A stretch of 40,588 nt of DNA, from contig RBNJ01000119.1 in the NCBI GenBank assembly GCA_003990765.1, positions 1 through 40,588 on the forward strand, given 5' to 3'. Position numbers and translations under genes: made by a program. The notes beneath the pieces are model-generated. The model ran no database searches. It worked only from the letters and a program-made list of their open reading frames with translations, and was not told the DNA's origin. This DNA comes from Jimgerdemannia flammicorona (lineage: Eukaryota). The first letter of the stretch is position 1, and each line of letters opens with the position of its first letter. Below, piece after piece: positions 22,595 to 34,360 of the stretch.

Positions 22595-24870
22595 TATAAT
22601 ATAGCAGATATATATTAGTAGAAGTACAGTAGATTTCTTTATCTTGAATACTTAATTATTTTTAACTCCTTAGAGTTCTTAGATATAGAAGTGAGTAAGT
22701 TCAAAGTATATCTGTCTGTAGACTTATTAGTTCTTTATCTCTTTGCTTAAATTATTTCAATCTGAGGTTTATTTACTTTAAATATATACTAGAGATATTT
22801 ATATAAGTTTGATAGCTATATGATAGCTAAGTTAAGACTTTTTTTTCTATAAATCATTTCATATAGTTAAGAGATCTATATATCTATACAATCTATATAA
22901 TCATGAGTTTTATATAGTTATACAAATTGTACAACTGTGAGATCAAGTGACTGCTAACTATAATGCTATACTATATCAAAAATTAGATTCAAATACTGTG
23001 ATCAAATATTTATCTTCTAATTTTTATTCCTAATTCAGATCAACTATTATAACTTTCTTCTGAATAAGTAATTTTATCTCTAAATCATCTTATTTAAACT
23101 CCCATACTTTCACTAATTATATATTCTTATACTGTATAATCTGCTTAATTATATCCTCTCAATGATATCTCTTTATTTGCTAAAAATCTCCTAGAGCTAC
23201 TTCTTGGAAATAGGCCAGAGCTTACTTATTATTCTTGAATAGTTTATAGACCTACTTAGTAATAGTGATTTGGGTATAGAGTATCTAGTATTTAGCAATT
23301 TACTCTTCTTTAGTTATATTTTTCTTTTTATTTAGTAATTATTTCAACTTGAAGTACTCTTGAAACTTAGTATAATTCTAGTAAACTCTAAAGTATAAAA
23401 TGTATAATAAGTGGATCTGTATAATACTTTAAATACTATCAAAGGATTTCTTTATAGCTAGTGACTTAGTAAAACACTATTGTCTTTCTATGGTTTACTA
23501 AGTAGTACTTATAATCTTGAGAGCTGCAGTAGTACTTCATTGGTTAGCTATAGTACTTTTTGAGTTAGTTTTAATAAATAATAGTAGGGATGATTATATC
23601 TGATAGTTTTTATAGCCAAAAGATAGTTTTTTTTATATTTTGCATAAAGTAAGATCCTTTTTACTTAGGTTCTAGTTTTTGTAACTATGAAGTTTCTACT
23701 ATATTCTGATATATATATTAGGACTTTGTCTCTTATCTTAATAATTTTTAAGAACTTGTAGATCTTTTCTATATTATTTTATTATAATATCTATATCTTG
23801 ATTATATAATCTTCAGACTTTTTTCTTATTTGATACAATCTCTATATCTTTATATCTACTTACTTTCATACTATATCTCTATTGGATAATAAGATTCCTT
23901 TAAAGCTTTCTTTTTCAAATAGTAATTTCTGAGATTTAAAGAAGGTACATTGTAATTATATATATATCCTGAAGAGCAGATAATATTATTAGTAGATAGT
24001 GGTCTCAATTTCCATAGTTATTACAAATTTTGATAATAATATTCTTGAGAGTCTTATTGATTCTTTCTATTTATCTATTTTTCTATAAATGATAAACTGT
24101 GATTCAAATATACTAAATCTTATACTTCTTATAGAGAACCTCAAAGAGCTGATTTACAAATTTTGTTCTTCTGTCTATTATTACTTGCTTTAGTGTCTTA
24201 AATTAGTAGATGATTTCACTATAGAAGAAATTAGTTATTAATTGTATATTGACTTCTTTAAGAAGTCCTGGTTCTATCTATTATATATGTAAAGATATCT
24301 ATGATGATAATAATATATTAGTTATTATCAATATCAGGAGTAGTAGACTAATTATATCTATTACAATATAGGCAAATAGTACTAATTCTATATCTACTGA
24401 TTTTGATATCTAATTTTATTAATCTTACTTCTATTTCCAGTATTTGTTACAGATCTTGACAGATTGTCTGATATCTTTCTCCATTCTGGGCTACTATATT
24501 GTTCTTCTTACTTTATTATAGATATTTATTCTTCTTAAATAGCTAAGTTCATGTACTGACTTTATTGCTTATTTCTTCTTATACTTTAATATAACTAGTA
24601 GTTTCTATTTCTCTATTGATTTCAAATTATTTCCAGGTTCTATTGATAATTATTTATATTTATTCTTTTAGATATTCAGATATCTTATACCATTTCAGAT
24701 AGGTAATAATTCTATAGTAAAGTTTTTCATTTATTTTAGTTTTACTGATTGTAAGTCTTTCAGAATATCTATAAGAGTATATCTATATTGACATTAGTTA
24801 TTTCTGAGTAGTATATGATAGTTGCATTATAGACTTGTAGGTTTATGATTCATCTAGTAAATATTCTATA
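22595..24870 (-). mobile_element. Second family B Gypsy copy: RNase H end, integrase, accessory ORF, PPT and 3' LTR (22595-23051), 5'-truncated
   Basis: Reverse complement of 1-1116 over 22595-23697. The integrase HELSYL..NIYNKVRRTI**PRM (~24480-24555) matches 31438-31510. Left end from LTR homology; right end approximate. Confidence 0.8.
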
Positions 24871-25575
24871 ATAATACTTATTTCTATCCCTCTCTTATCC
24901 TTAGATAATTTAGAAAATAAGGTATTACTTAGAGACTTAATATAAATATATATCAAGAAGTCTTTTAATTATTTATTTCACTTAGTGGTATTTACTATGA
25001 TTTTTGATAAAGTACTATTTCTTTATAGTAAATAATAATAATATTACTCTTCTTTAGTAACTATAGTTATAAGAAACTTATTATTATTGTATATAGACTG
25101 AATCTCTTGTAATTCAGATTTAAAGAAGTTGATTTTCTTTTTAGATTTATATACTAGTTCTCAGTTTTAGTAGAAGTTAGCTAGTTAGTCAGAAATACTA
25201 AAGTAACTTAAATATCATTACTAAGAAACTCAGAGGAATATATATAGAGGGAGAGTTATACTTAACTAAGAGCTAAACTAAAATAGCTTTATTTTAGATA
25301 TAAATACTGAGATATTTATATATATTAGAATCTTTATAATTATAATCTTTGTTGACCAGAATCTTTGTCTATAATCAGAACAGTAGTCTGTAATCAGACT
25401 AATGTTTTTAGTAATATACTTGGTTAGATAATATAGTTACTCAGATATAGGTATAGATTTCAGTATTCAGAGGTTCTAGTATTTTATTTTTTATGTTTGT
25501 TTTGTTTATCTCATTTATTATAATATCATAACTAGGTTACATGATTACCATTTGTATCATATCTTATCTATTTAC

Positions 25576-27123
25576 TATAACAGTGATCTCAGAATAGTGA
25601 CATCATTATAGGAGACAGTCTTTTACTATAAGCCACCAGATCAGAGTACAAGAAAATTATATGATATAACTCACCCAGGCTATAAGATGAGCAATGGTGA
25701 CCAACCATAAGTTATTATAACTATAAAATAGATATCTCAAGGAATATAAAAGAAGGACCAAGGAACTACAGTAGCAGCAACTCAAACAAGACTTACAAAA
25801 CTTCAAAATATATAGCTTAAAGACTCACTATAAATGAAATGCCTGCTGCCTGCCAAATCTCAAGATCCAGGAATCACCAAGAATTCTCAGTCTAAGAAAG
25901 AATATTCTAAGATATCAGAAGAGCTATAAGGACTTACACCAGAAGGACTCCTAGCCTCAACCTGAGTACTAGTGACTCTTATCACTTTATTCTCAACTGC
26001 TATGAAATGGAAATAAGAATTACTATCACTACTGAATGCCTCTGGATATAGTAAGAATATGAAATAGAAAACCTCCTCTGCCAGAAATTCCCTCAGACCA
26101 GTTTCTAGGAGATACAAGATACCACTCTCATAGATGTATGTAAATAAGAACAGCCAAGAAGATTCATCAGATCTTCAGGTATGTATTATAGTTGATTCCC
26201 AACTTTGAATATACTAGAGTCTCAGACTTCAAGGAATTGTCAGTCTGCTATACAAATGCACTAAAAGCCATGGTTGCCACAGAAGTCTAATCTACTATCA
26301 CTCTCAATAGTAATGAGATAGAAGAGTTCTGGCATCTCATTCTCCAGAACAATCCAGACCAATTTCTGCAAGGATTGATCTTAGCATTCCAAGGTCCCAG
26401 TATCTAGATTAGATCTCCCTAAGACCCCACATTTGTTCCTTATTTTATAGAAGAGAATATCATAGATTAGAGAGCCCCTAATCTCCTTGCTCTCTCTACC
26501 ACTGCCAAATATGATGATATCATCAGCAATGATATCATCCTACTAACTGGCAACATATATGAAGTGTATGAAGTATGTAAAATAGATGAAATATTCATAG
26601 ATCTCATTTTCTTCAAAGATATTCTGATCTCTAGTAGTAATGAAGATGAGCCCCCAGGGTCCTGAACATTCTGCTCTAAGTTCTTTATATAACTATTATT
26701 CTTTTGGCATTCTGATCTTGTATAACTCAGAAATTCTTCTGACATCCTTTTTTTGTATTACCAAAATCTACTAGTATCCTGAACTTATGCAACCATTTGT
26801 ACAGGCACTCAAATTTATACTTACAACTGAAGTTTTCTATATTCCAGTATTTTATTTGGTTATTGAAATTTATATTTTATATAAATACCTCTTGAAATAA
26901 AGTCAGTCCCCTTAGTTCTCTCAGTTCACTTATACTTAATTCCACACAAGCAATCTAAGAGATATATAACAAGATAGTTTAAAGATAAGAAGTTTGAGAA
27001 CTATAAGACCTTGAGAAGGTACTCCAATAAGAACTTGATTATAACAAACTTATAGTTAGTCTAAGAGATATATCTTGAAGAGAATCTAATATAATTGAAG
27101 AACTCAGTGCCTACTATATGATA
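25576..27123 (+). repeat. Family A 5' LTR (1548 bp)
   Basis: tataacagtg...ctactatatgata (mutated TG...CA), homologous end to end with 32807-34360. Confidence 0.85.
25839..26665 (+). pseudogene. LTR-encoded ORF (~275 codons), 5' LTR copy
   Basis: ATG MPAACQ... through ...DEPPGS-TGA. One 1-nt deletion (~26145) and transition stops. Homologous to 33101-33868 and 1973-2150. Confidence 0.6.
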
Positions 27124-27199
27124 ACTTGGTACTTATTGGCTGGTGATTTAAGACAAATTCCTCACTTTCAAGCTAAAAAAATAAACAACTACCACAACA

Positions 27200-30100
27200 A
27201 CTACCCTGACTACAAGAGTTACCTCCTGTAAGAATTCAAGACAAGATAGAAATATATCCCTCTACATTTTATGGATTTATTACTAAAGAGTCTATTCTGA
27301 CCTTTATTGAAGACTTTGAACAATTTGCTATCATACAAGCTCTCAATATAGATGTACAATTGGCCCTTCTATCAGTCAGCCTCAGAGGATCTATCAGAGA
27401 TAAGTTCAATGCAGCCACTATTGCTAATGCTAATGCAGCCAAACTTGCCAATATAAAGAACTTCCTTAGAACTATATACTATACTGAAGAGATCAAGCAA
27501 GCTCTCAAGAATCAATTCAATACTATCTGTCAGGTACTCAGTAAAGATTCCAACTCATTCTATACCCAAATCTGCTACTATATTGTCTTGGCTGGCTATG
27601 ATGATACCCTTAAGGAATAAATGGCTGATTCAATCTTCCTAAAAGAAGTTCACTCTGAAATCACTCTAGCAATCTGGTCTATTCCAACTGCTCTGACTCT
27701 TGACCAGAAAATAGTCTTTATACAAAGATACTGGACTATTAGACACCCTGCCAAACACTTAATAAAAAGAATAACTGGCATCAAGATAGAGTCACTAAAG
27801 CTAACTAGTATCATACTCACTACAACTATCAATAGACAACTATCTCTATCTATCCTCCACAAGGCCAAAACTGACCCAGTGGAGAAACTTACCCAGCAGT
27901 TTGCCAAGATGACTATATATCTTGGTGATGTTGTCAGAGAAGTATGAAGTACCAACAGGAGACCAGTGCAGAAGTTTGCAGCTACTATAGAGGAATGTAC
28001 TATTATATACTTCAAATGTGGAAAAGAAGGCCACTATGCAAAGAGTTGTATGACTTAAACAAGGTACAGAGCTCAACCAAGTAATGCTACCAGAACCAGA
28101 GAGCAAACCAATACAGTAGTCATCAAGGAGATTAGTGATACTAATGATGAAAAATACTATGAGGAGTCCAAATTCTACTCTGTTACTGAACCCAGTTTAA
28201 GCTCTATGATAAGAAGAGCAATAGCAAGCTAGTTGAAAGACCAAAGATAACTCCAGCTATCACTATTCAAAGCAAGACCCAATCTGAGGAGATTGACCAA
28301 GACATGGAGTTAGATGAAGCTGTCTGCTAAATTATTGAAGACACTACTCCAGTCTTAGGAGAAAGCAAAAGCAAGAAAGAACAGAAGCTATATAAGACCA
28401 AGATCCATCAGTATGATATCTACAAATATTTTAAGGAATAGAAGATCAATGCTACTTTTAGACAATTAGCAGAAGTCCCTACCTTCAGATAGCAGTTGAG
28501 AGTAGAACTTACTACTACTGTTAAGAACTAAGAGTATAAGATCATAGAAGTTCACAATGCATAAGAAGATGAATAAGAAGACTTAGGTGAAGAATCTAAA
28601 GATCAATACAAGACCTCAGCTTATACTCAATGCCAGATTGAAGATTGTATCTTTGATGCTATTATTAATACTGGTGCTGGAGGATATCTTATAAATAAGA
28701 AGGCAATTGACTGCCTAGGCTGAGATATTGAAGAATCTACCAAAATAGTCTATGTCATAGCAGATAGTATACAAGCTACCCAATCTAAGAAGTCTCTATT
28801 AAGATTAGAGAAGCTATCATCCCAGTAGATATAATTGTTACAAGCACTACCAACTATGATATCCTCATTAGTAATCAATGACTTTACAAGGCCAAGGCTA
28901 TTATTGACCTCAATGCCCAGAAAATGCAGATCAACTATAGAGGAAGAAAGGTATGAGTCTCTATCAATGTCCACAAAGGAGTACTATCAGATATAGAGAA
29001 ATAAGATGAAGAGGATATAGAAGTCTTCATGCACTTGGTGTACAAGAACAAGAGCAAGACAACCAAGCTCATAGATGAGCAGTAGTACAACAAGATCATC
29101 AATAGCTATGCTCCTCAAGGAAGATACCCCCATAGTGCTAAAATGTACTGCTCTGAACATCTGAATGACTGCTGGTCCTGTATCAGCAAGTCAGAAAAAT
29201 CTGTCAACAAAGGTATGAGTAAGAAGCTGCTGAAGCAAAAAAGAAAGTTGAAGAAAATGACCAGCCTCCAGATCTTCAAGCTGATAGTGATGATGAGGAG
29301 AAACAAAAACCAGACATCATTCTTAAGGTCAAAAAGTTTCACCCTAAAGCTAAGATCCCAGAATACAAGACTAAAGAAGCTATAGGAATAGACCTTGCCA
29401 GCATCCAAGATGCTATCCTTGAACCATAGACCACTACTCTACTTAGCACTGGAATTGGAGTCAAGTTTCCAGAGAACAATGCTGGAATTATCAAGACCAG
29501 GAGCAGTCTGGCTAAGAGCAAAATCTCAGTTGAAGGAGGAGTCATTGACTCTGATTATACTGGTGAAATCTTTCTTATTGTCAGGAATTACAACCCCACT
29601 ACCCCATTTGAAGTCAAGAAGTATGATAGAATTGACCAGATGTTGATCTATGAAGTCAAGAAGCCTAAGATCACTGAAGCCATTGAACTCATCAAGACTA
29701 AGAGAGAAGAACAAGACTTTGGATCTACTAGAAGAGGAGCCTATACTGCCACCAAGATTATCAAACTCAAGCACAAGAAAGACAAGGATCAGAACAAGTA
29801 CACATATACCATTGGAGAAAACTTTCCCCTAGAAGAACAACTTCTCAAGATCTTGCACCAGAATAAAGATGTACTTGCCACAGACTTCAGGAACATCCAC
29901 AATCAAGAATTCAAGTACTATTATAAAGTTGACACTAGTGATACTAAGTCCATCTACCAGAAAGCCAGACCTATACCACCTGCCTATAGAGAATAGCTGT
30001 GAGCAGAACTCAAGAAAATAGAAGAAGCTGATATCATCAAGCAAGCTATTAGCCCCTGGGCTTCACCCATTGTCCTTACCCCAAAGAAAGAAAGTAAGTC

Positions 30101-32442
30101 TGGAGAATTTGCCCCAAGACTCTGTAATGACTACAGAAAGCTCAATGCAATTACCAAGAAGGATAGGCAGCTCTTACCAAATATTCAAGAAATCCTTACC
30201 ACTCTTGGAAGTAAAGCCAAATACTACACTACCTTGGATCTGTTCTCAGGCTTCCATCAGATTGGTCTCACTTAAAATGCCAGTGAGAAATCAGCCTTCA
30301 TCATATCTGATGCCACCTATATCTACCTGCAAATGCCATTTGGAATGTGCAATGCTCTAGTAAGTTTTCAGTGAATGATGAACAGAGTTTTTAGTAATGA
30401 GATTGGAAAATGGCTCTTTGTCTATATTGATAATGTGATCATCTTCAGTAATACTACACAAGAATATATCAACCACATACAGCTATCCCTCAAGAAGCTC
30501 AAGGAGTATGGCCTCTACATCAAGCCTAAGAAATGTAAGTTTATAGCCCAGGAAATTGCCTACCTAGAACACCTCATCAACCAGACCAGAATCCACATAG
30601 ACCCTATGAAGATTGAGGCTATTGTAGCCTACCCAAGACTCAGAATAACTATAGAGGTCTATGCCTTCCTTGGACTGGCCTCCTACTACAGAAGATTCAT
30701 CAAAGAATACTCTAACATTGCAGCACCTATCTACAAGCTACTGAAGAAAGAGACCAAATTTGAATAGACTAAAGAATACCAAGAAACCTTCAATGAACTC
30801 AAGATCAGATTGACCCAAGCACCTATCCTCAGAAGACCAGATTGGAACCTAGAGTTCATCCTGCAGACAGATGCAAGCACTATAGGACTTGGAGCAGTCC
30901 TAGCTCAGAAAAAATATGGACATAAATATATCATCTCCTATGTAAGCCAAGGTACCCATAGAGCAGAACAGAACTATGAGTCATGCAAGCTCAAATGCTT
31001 AGCAGTAGTTTGGACTGTAGACAAGTTCCACTACTACCTAGCTGGGAAATACTTCACTATTCCAACAGACCATTCTGCTCTTGCCTGGCTATTCCACACT
31101 CTGAACCCTAAAGGAATATATACCAGATAGATCTACAGGCTGCAAGAGTATGACTGTACTGTCAAGTACTGCTCAGAAAGAACCAACACCAATACTGATG
31201 CACTCTCAAGGATACCTCGAAACACCTCTATCAAAACTATTCAACATAAATAAGAAGTTATACTATGGATTAATCAGCTATCTTGGGCAGCAGAAGATGC
31301 TCAACCACCTTAAACCCTGGATAATCACCATCATCAACCAGACTTAGAAATAGTTTGAACTAGACAACACCATACTCAGAAAAGGAGGAAAGCTCATAAT
31401 ACCCAAATATAAGAAGTATCAAGTAATGAAGGAAGTATATGAATAAGGACATCTAGGAGAAACCAATATATATGACAAGGTAAGAAGAACCATATGGTGG
31501 CCCAAAATGGAAGAAGACCTGCACCAATTTGTCAAAGAGTATAATAAGTGCCAAAAACAGAAATAAGATCAGCAAGACCAGACACCCAAGTCATCAAGAA
31601 TTGAGCCTATCCCCTTCCACCACATTGCAATAGATATAATTGGGCCACTACTAGTAACACTATCAGGAAACCACTATATTATAGTTATTGTAGACCTCTT
31701 TACCAAATAGATAGAAGCAGGAGTATTATAAGAAGCCAATACTCTCTCTATAGTCAACTTCCTATACTGAGAAATCATCTGCCACTACAAGACACCAAAG
31801 CAAATCACAACAGACTATAGCACAGAATTTGTCAATAGATTCTATAAGATAATGTATCAGAAATACAAGATTCAGTATATCAAGACCACTGCATATCACC
31901 CTCAAGGAAATGGACAGACAGAGAGAACCAATAAGACCCTTAAGAATATCCTGATGAAGATCTCAGACACATATGAGAATTGAGATAACTACCTCTCAAC
32001 TGCTCTCTCTGTCCTATGAGATATACAGTCACAGAGCACACACTTTATTCCAAGAGAACTGCTCTTTGGAGAAAAAGATTCTGATGGAACCTCAGCCACA
32101 AATCTAGACCTAACTTGGAGATAGGTTGATGCAGAAATCCAGAGACTATACTAAATCAGGAAGAAGGCTAAAGATTATATTACCAAGTTACAAGCACTAA
32201 TAAGGAAGAATGCAGAAAAGAATTACATGACCCTAGAACTCATCCAAATTGGAGAAAAGGTCCTACTGTATCAAAATATGGTAGAAGTCTCATGGTCATA
32301 AAAACTAGAGTCCAAATGAGAAGGACCCTTCTACATGCAAGATATCAAAAGAACTACCTTCTGGCTTAGAAAAATCTCAGGGACTATACTGTCTACCATG
32401 GTATATAGAAACAGACTCAAGAAGTACTATAAACCTATATAA
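27200..32442 (+). pseudogene. Family A gag-pol polyprotein (degenerate)
   Basis: Zinc knuckle YFKCGKEGHYAKSC (~28008). Protease AIINTGAG (from DTG, ~28660). RT SPWASPIVL..DYRKLN..LDLFSGFHQI..MPFGMCNA..YIDNVII. RNase H LQTDAS..GLGAVL..TDHSAL. Integrase TTAYHPQGNGQTERTN. Start approximate. Confidence 0.9.
29316..29735 (+). pseudogene. dUTPase domain of family A pol
   Basis: All five trimeric dUTPase motifs are recognisable: AIGIDL, TRSSLA, GGVIDSDYTGEI, IDQMLI, REEQDFGST. Confidence 0.88.
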
Positions 32443-32806
32443 GAGAAGCAAAACATGATGACTGCCTATGAGGTTCTAGTCTGTGAATTGTAACAGCATG
32501 TCCCATGACCAGTAGACTATCTGTCTGGACCATTCTCTAAGGAATATGGTACCAGCAACTACTCATCTGTGAGACTTTTAAAGCCAGAGGAGTTCAAACT
32601 ATCAACTGATTGGTTAAGATCAGAATCAGGCCCTTGCTCTATATGAAGGGAGTGACTTTTCACCATCATGCCAAAATATATAGGGAAGATGCTAACCTAT
32701 AAACACCACTTTTCAACCCCTTGTCAGGGGTTATGGAATCAGCAAATTTTTCAGGACTGGACCAATGAATAAGGACATTCAAGAAGATCCTTATTCAGGA
32801 GGAAGA

Positions 32807-34360
32807 TATAATGGTGATCCTAGAATGATGACATCAGTACAGGGGACAGTCTTTCCTTGCAAGCCACCAGATCAGAGCACAAGAAGATCATATAGCATAC
32901 AAGATGAGAATGATGACCAACTGTAAGTCATTGTGACCATAGTATGGGTATCTCGAGGAATATAAAAGAAGGATCAAGAAACTACAGTAGCAGCAACCAA
33001 CAAGACCCACCAATCCCAAAATAGCTCAAAGACTTACTATAAATGAAATACCTGCTGCTCACCAAACCTCAAGGTCTAAGGTACCTCAGTTGAAGAAAGG
33101 ATGTTTCAAGACATCAGAAGAGTCATAAGAACCTGCTCAAGAAGGACTCCTAGTGTCAACCTGGGTACTAGTGACCCTTATTATTATATCCTCTACTGCT
33201 GTAAAATAGAAACAAGAATCACTATTGCTACTGAATACCTCTAAATATGGCAGGAGTACGAAATAGGAAACTTCCTCTACCAGGAGTTCCCACAGGCCAG
33301 CCCTCAAGAGTTACAAGATACTACTCCCATAGATATATATGAGATAAGAACAGCTAAGAAGATTCACTAGATCTTCAGGCATGCACCATGGTTGATCCCC
33401 AACTTAGAGTATGTTGGAGTCTCAGATTTCAGAGATCTATCAGCCCACCATATCAATGCACTAGAAGCCAGAGTGGCTACAGAAGCCCAGTCCACTATCA
33501 CCCTCAATAGTGATGAAGTAGAAGACTTCTGACATCCCATCCTCCAGGACAACCCAGACCAATTCCTGCAAGAATTGATCTCAGTATTCTAAGGCCCAAG
33601 CATCTAGGTTAGATCTCCCCAAGACCTCACATTTGTTCCCTATTTCATGGAAGAGAACTTTATAGACTGGAGAGCTCCAGATCTCTTTGTTTCCATCACT
33701 GCTGAACATGATGATGTCATTGGCAATGATGTCATCCTGTGTGACATATATGAAATATATAATCTATGTGACAAGATGGACAAGACATTCATGGATCTCA
33801 TCTCCTTCAAAGTCATCCTGACCTCAGATGAGGATGAAGCCTCTATGGTCTTGAAAATTCTACTCTAAGTTCCTTAGTTATACTGAATTATGCCAGTACT
33901 CTTTTCCTGTGTAACAGCTGTTCTACCACTGGTATTCTTATGTGATACTGAATTATTTCAGCACCATTTTCCTATATCACTGAAATTATACCAATATCCT
34001 GATCCTGTGCAATTATCTGTACTGACCCTGGAACTTAGTAGTTTTCCATATCCTAGCATTTTATTTTAGTTATTGGAATTTATATTTAGCTTTATATCTT
34101 AGTAACCATTAAATTATATTTTGTATAAATACCTCTCTTATTTCCTCTAAAATAAAGTCAGTCAAGTTCACTTATATATACTTCCTTGCAAGCAATCTTA
34201 GAGATAATAAGATAGTTTAAAGATAAGAAGTTTGAGGACTATAAGACCTTGGAAAGGCACTCCAATAAGAACTTGCTTATAACAAACTTGAATTAGTCTA
34301 AGAGATATATCTTGAAGAGAATCTGGCATATTTGAAGGACTCAGCGACTACTATGTGACA
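32807..34360 (+). repeat. Family A 3' LTR (1554 bp)
   Basis: Begins directly after the PPT (tataatggtg) and ends ctatgtgaca. Confidence 0.88.
33101..33868 (+). pseudogene. LTR-encoded ORF, 3' LTR copy
   Basis: One 256-codon frame, MFQDIRR...WQEYEIGNFL...YEIRTAKKIH*IFRHAPWLIPNLEYVGVSDFRDL...FIDWRAPDL..., with five internal stops, all of transition type. Confidence 0.65.

Larger units (their letters stand above)
25576..34360 (+). mobile_element. Full-length degenerate Ty3/Gypsy LTR retrotransposon (family A, 8.8 kb) with dUTPase
   Basis: Two ~1.55-kb LTRs, a PBS-like tggtactt at 27127 and PPT aggaggaaga at 32797-32806. Domain order gag-PR-dUTPase-RT-RH-IN. Confidence 0.92.

Noticed and set aside
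24870-25575. Additional LTR element on the minus strand
   Set aside because: Only a TATA/AATAAA arrangement and a short match to the family B LTR; boundaries and family cannot be supported.
27127-27145. Assigning the family A PBS to a specific tRNA
   Set aside because: Begins TGGT at the expected position but is too mutated to assign.
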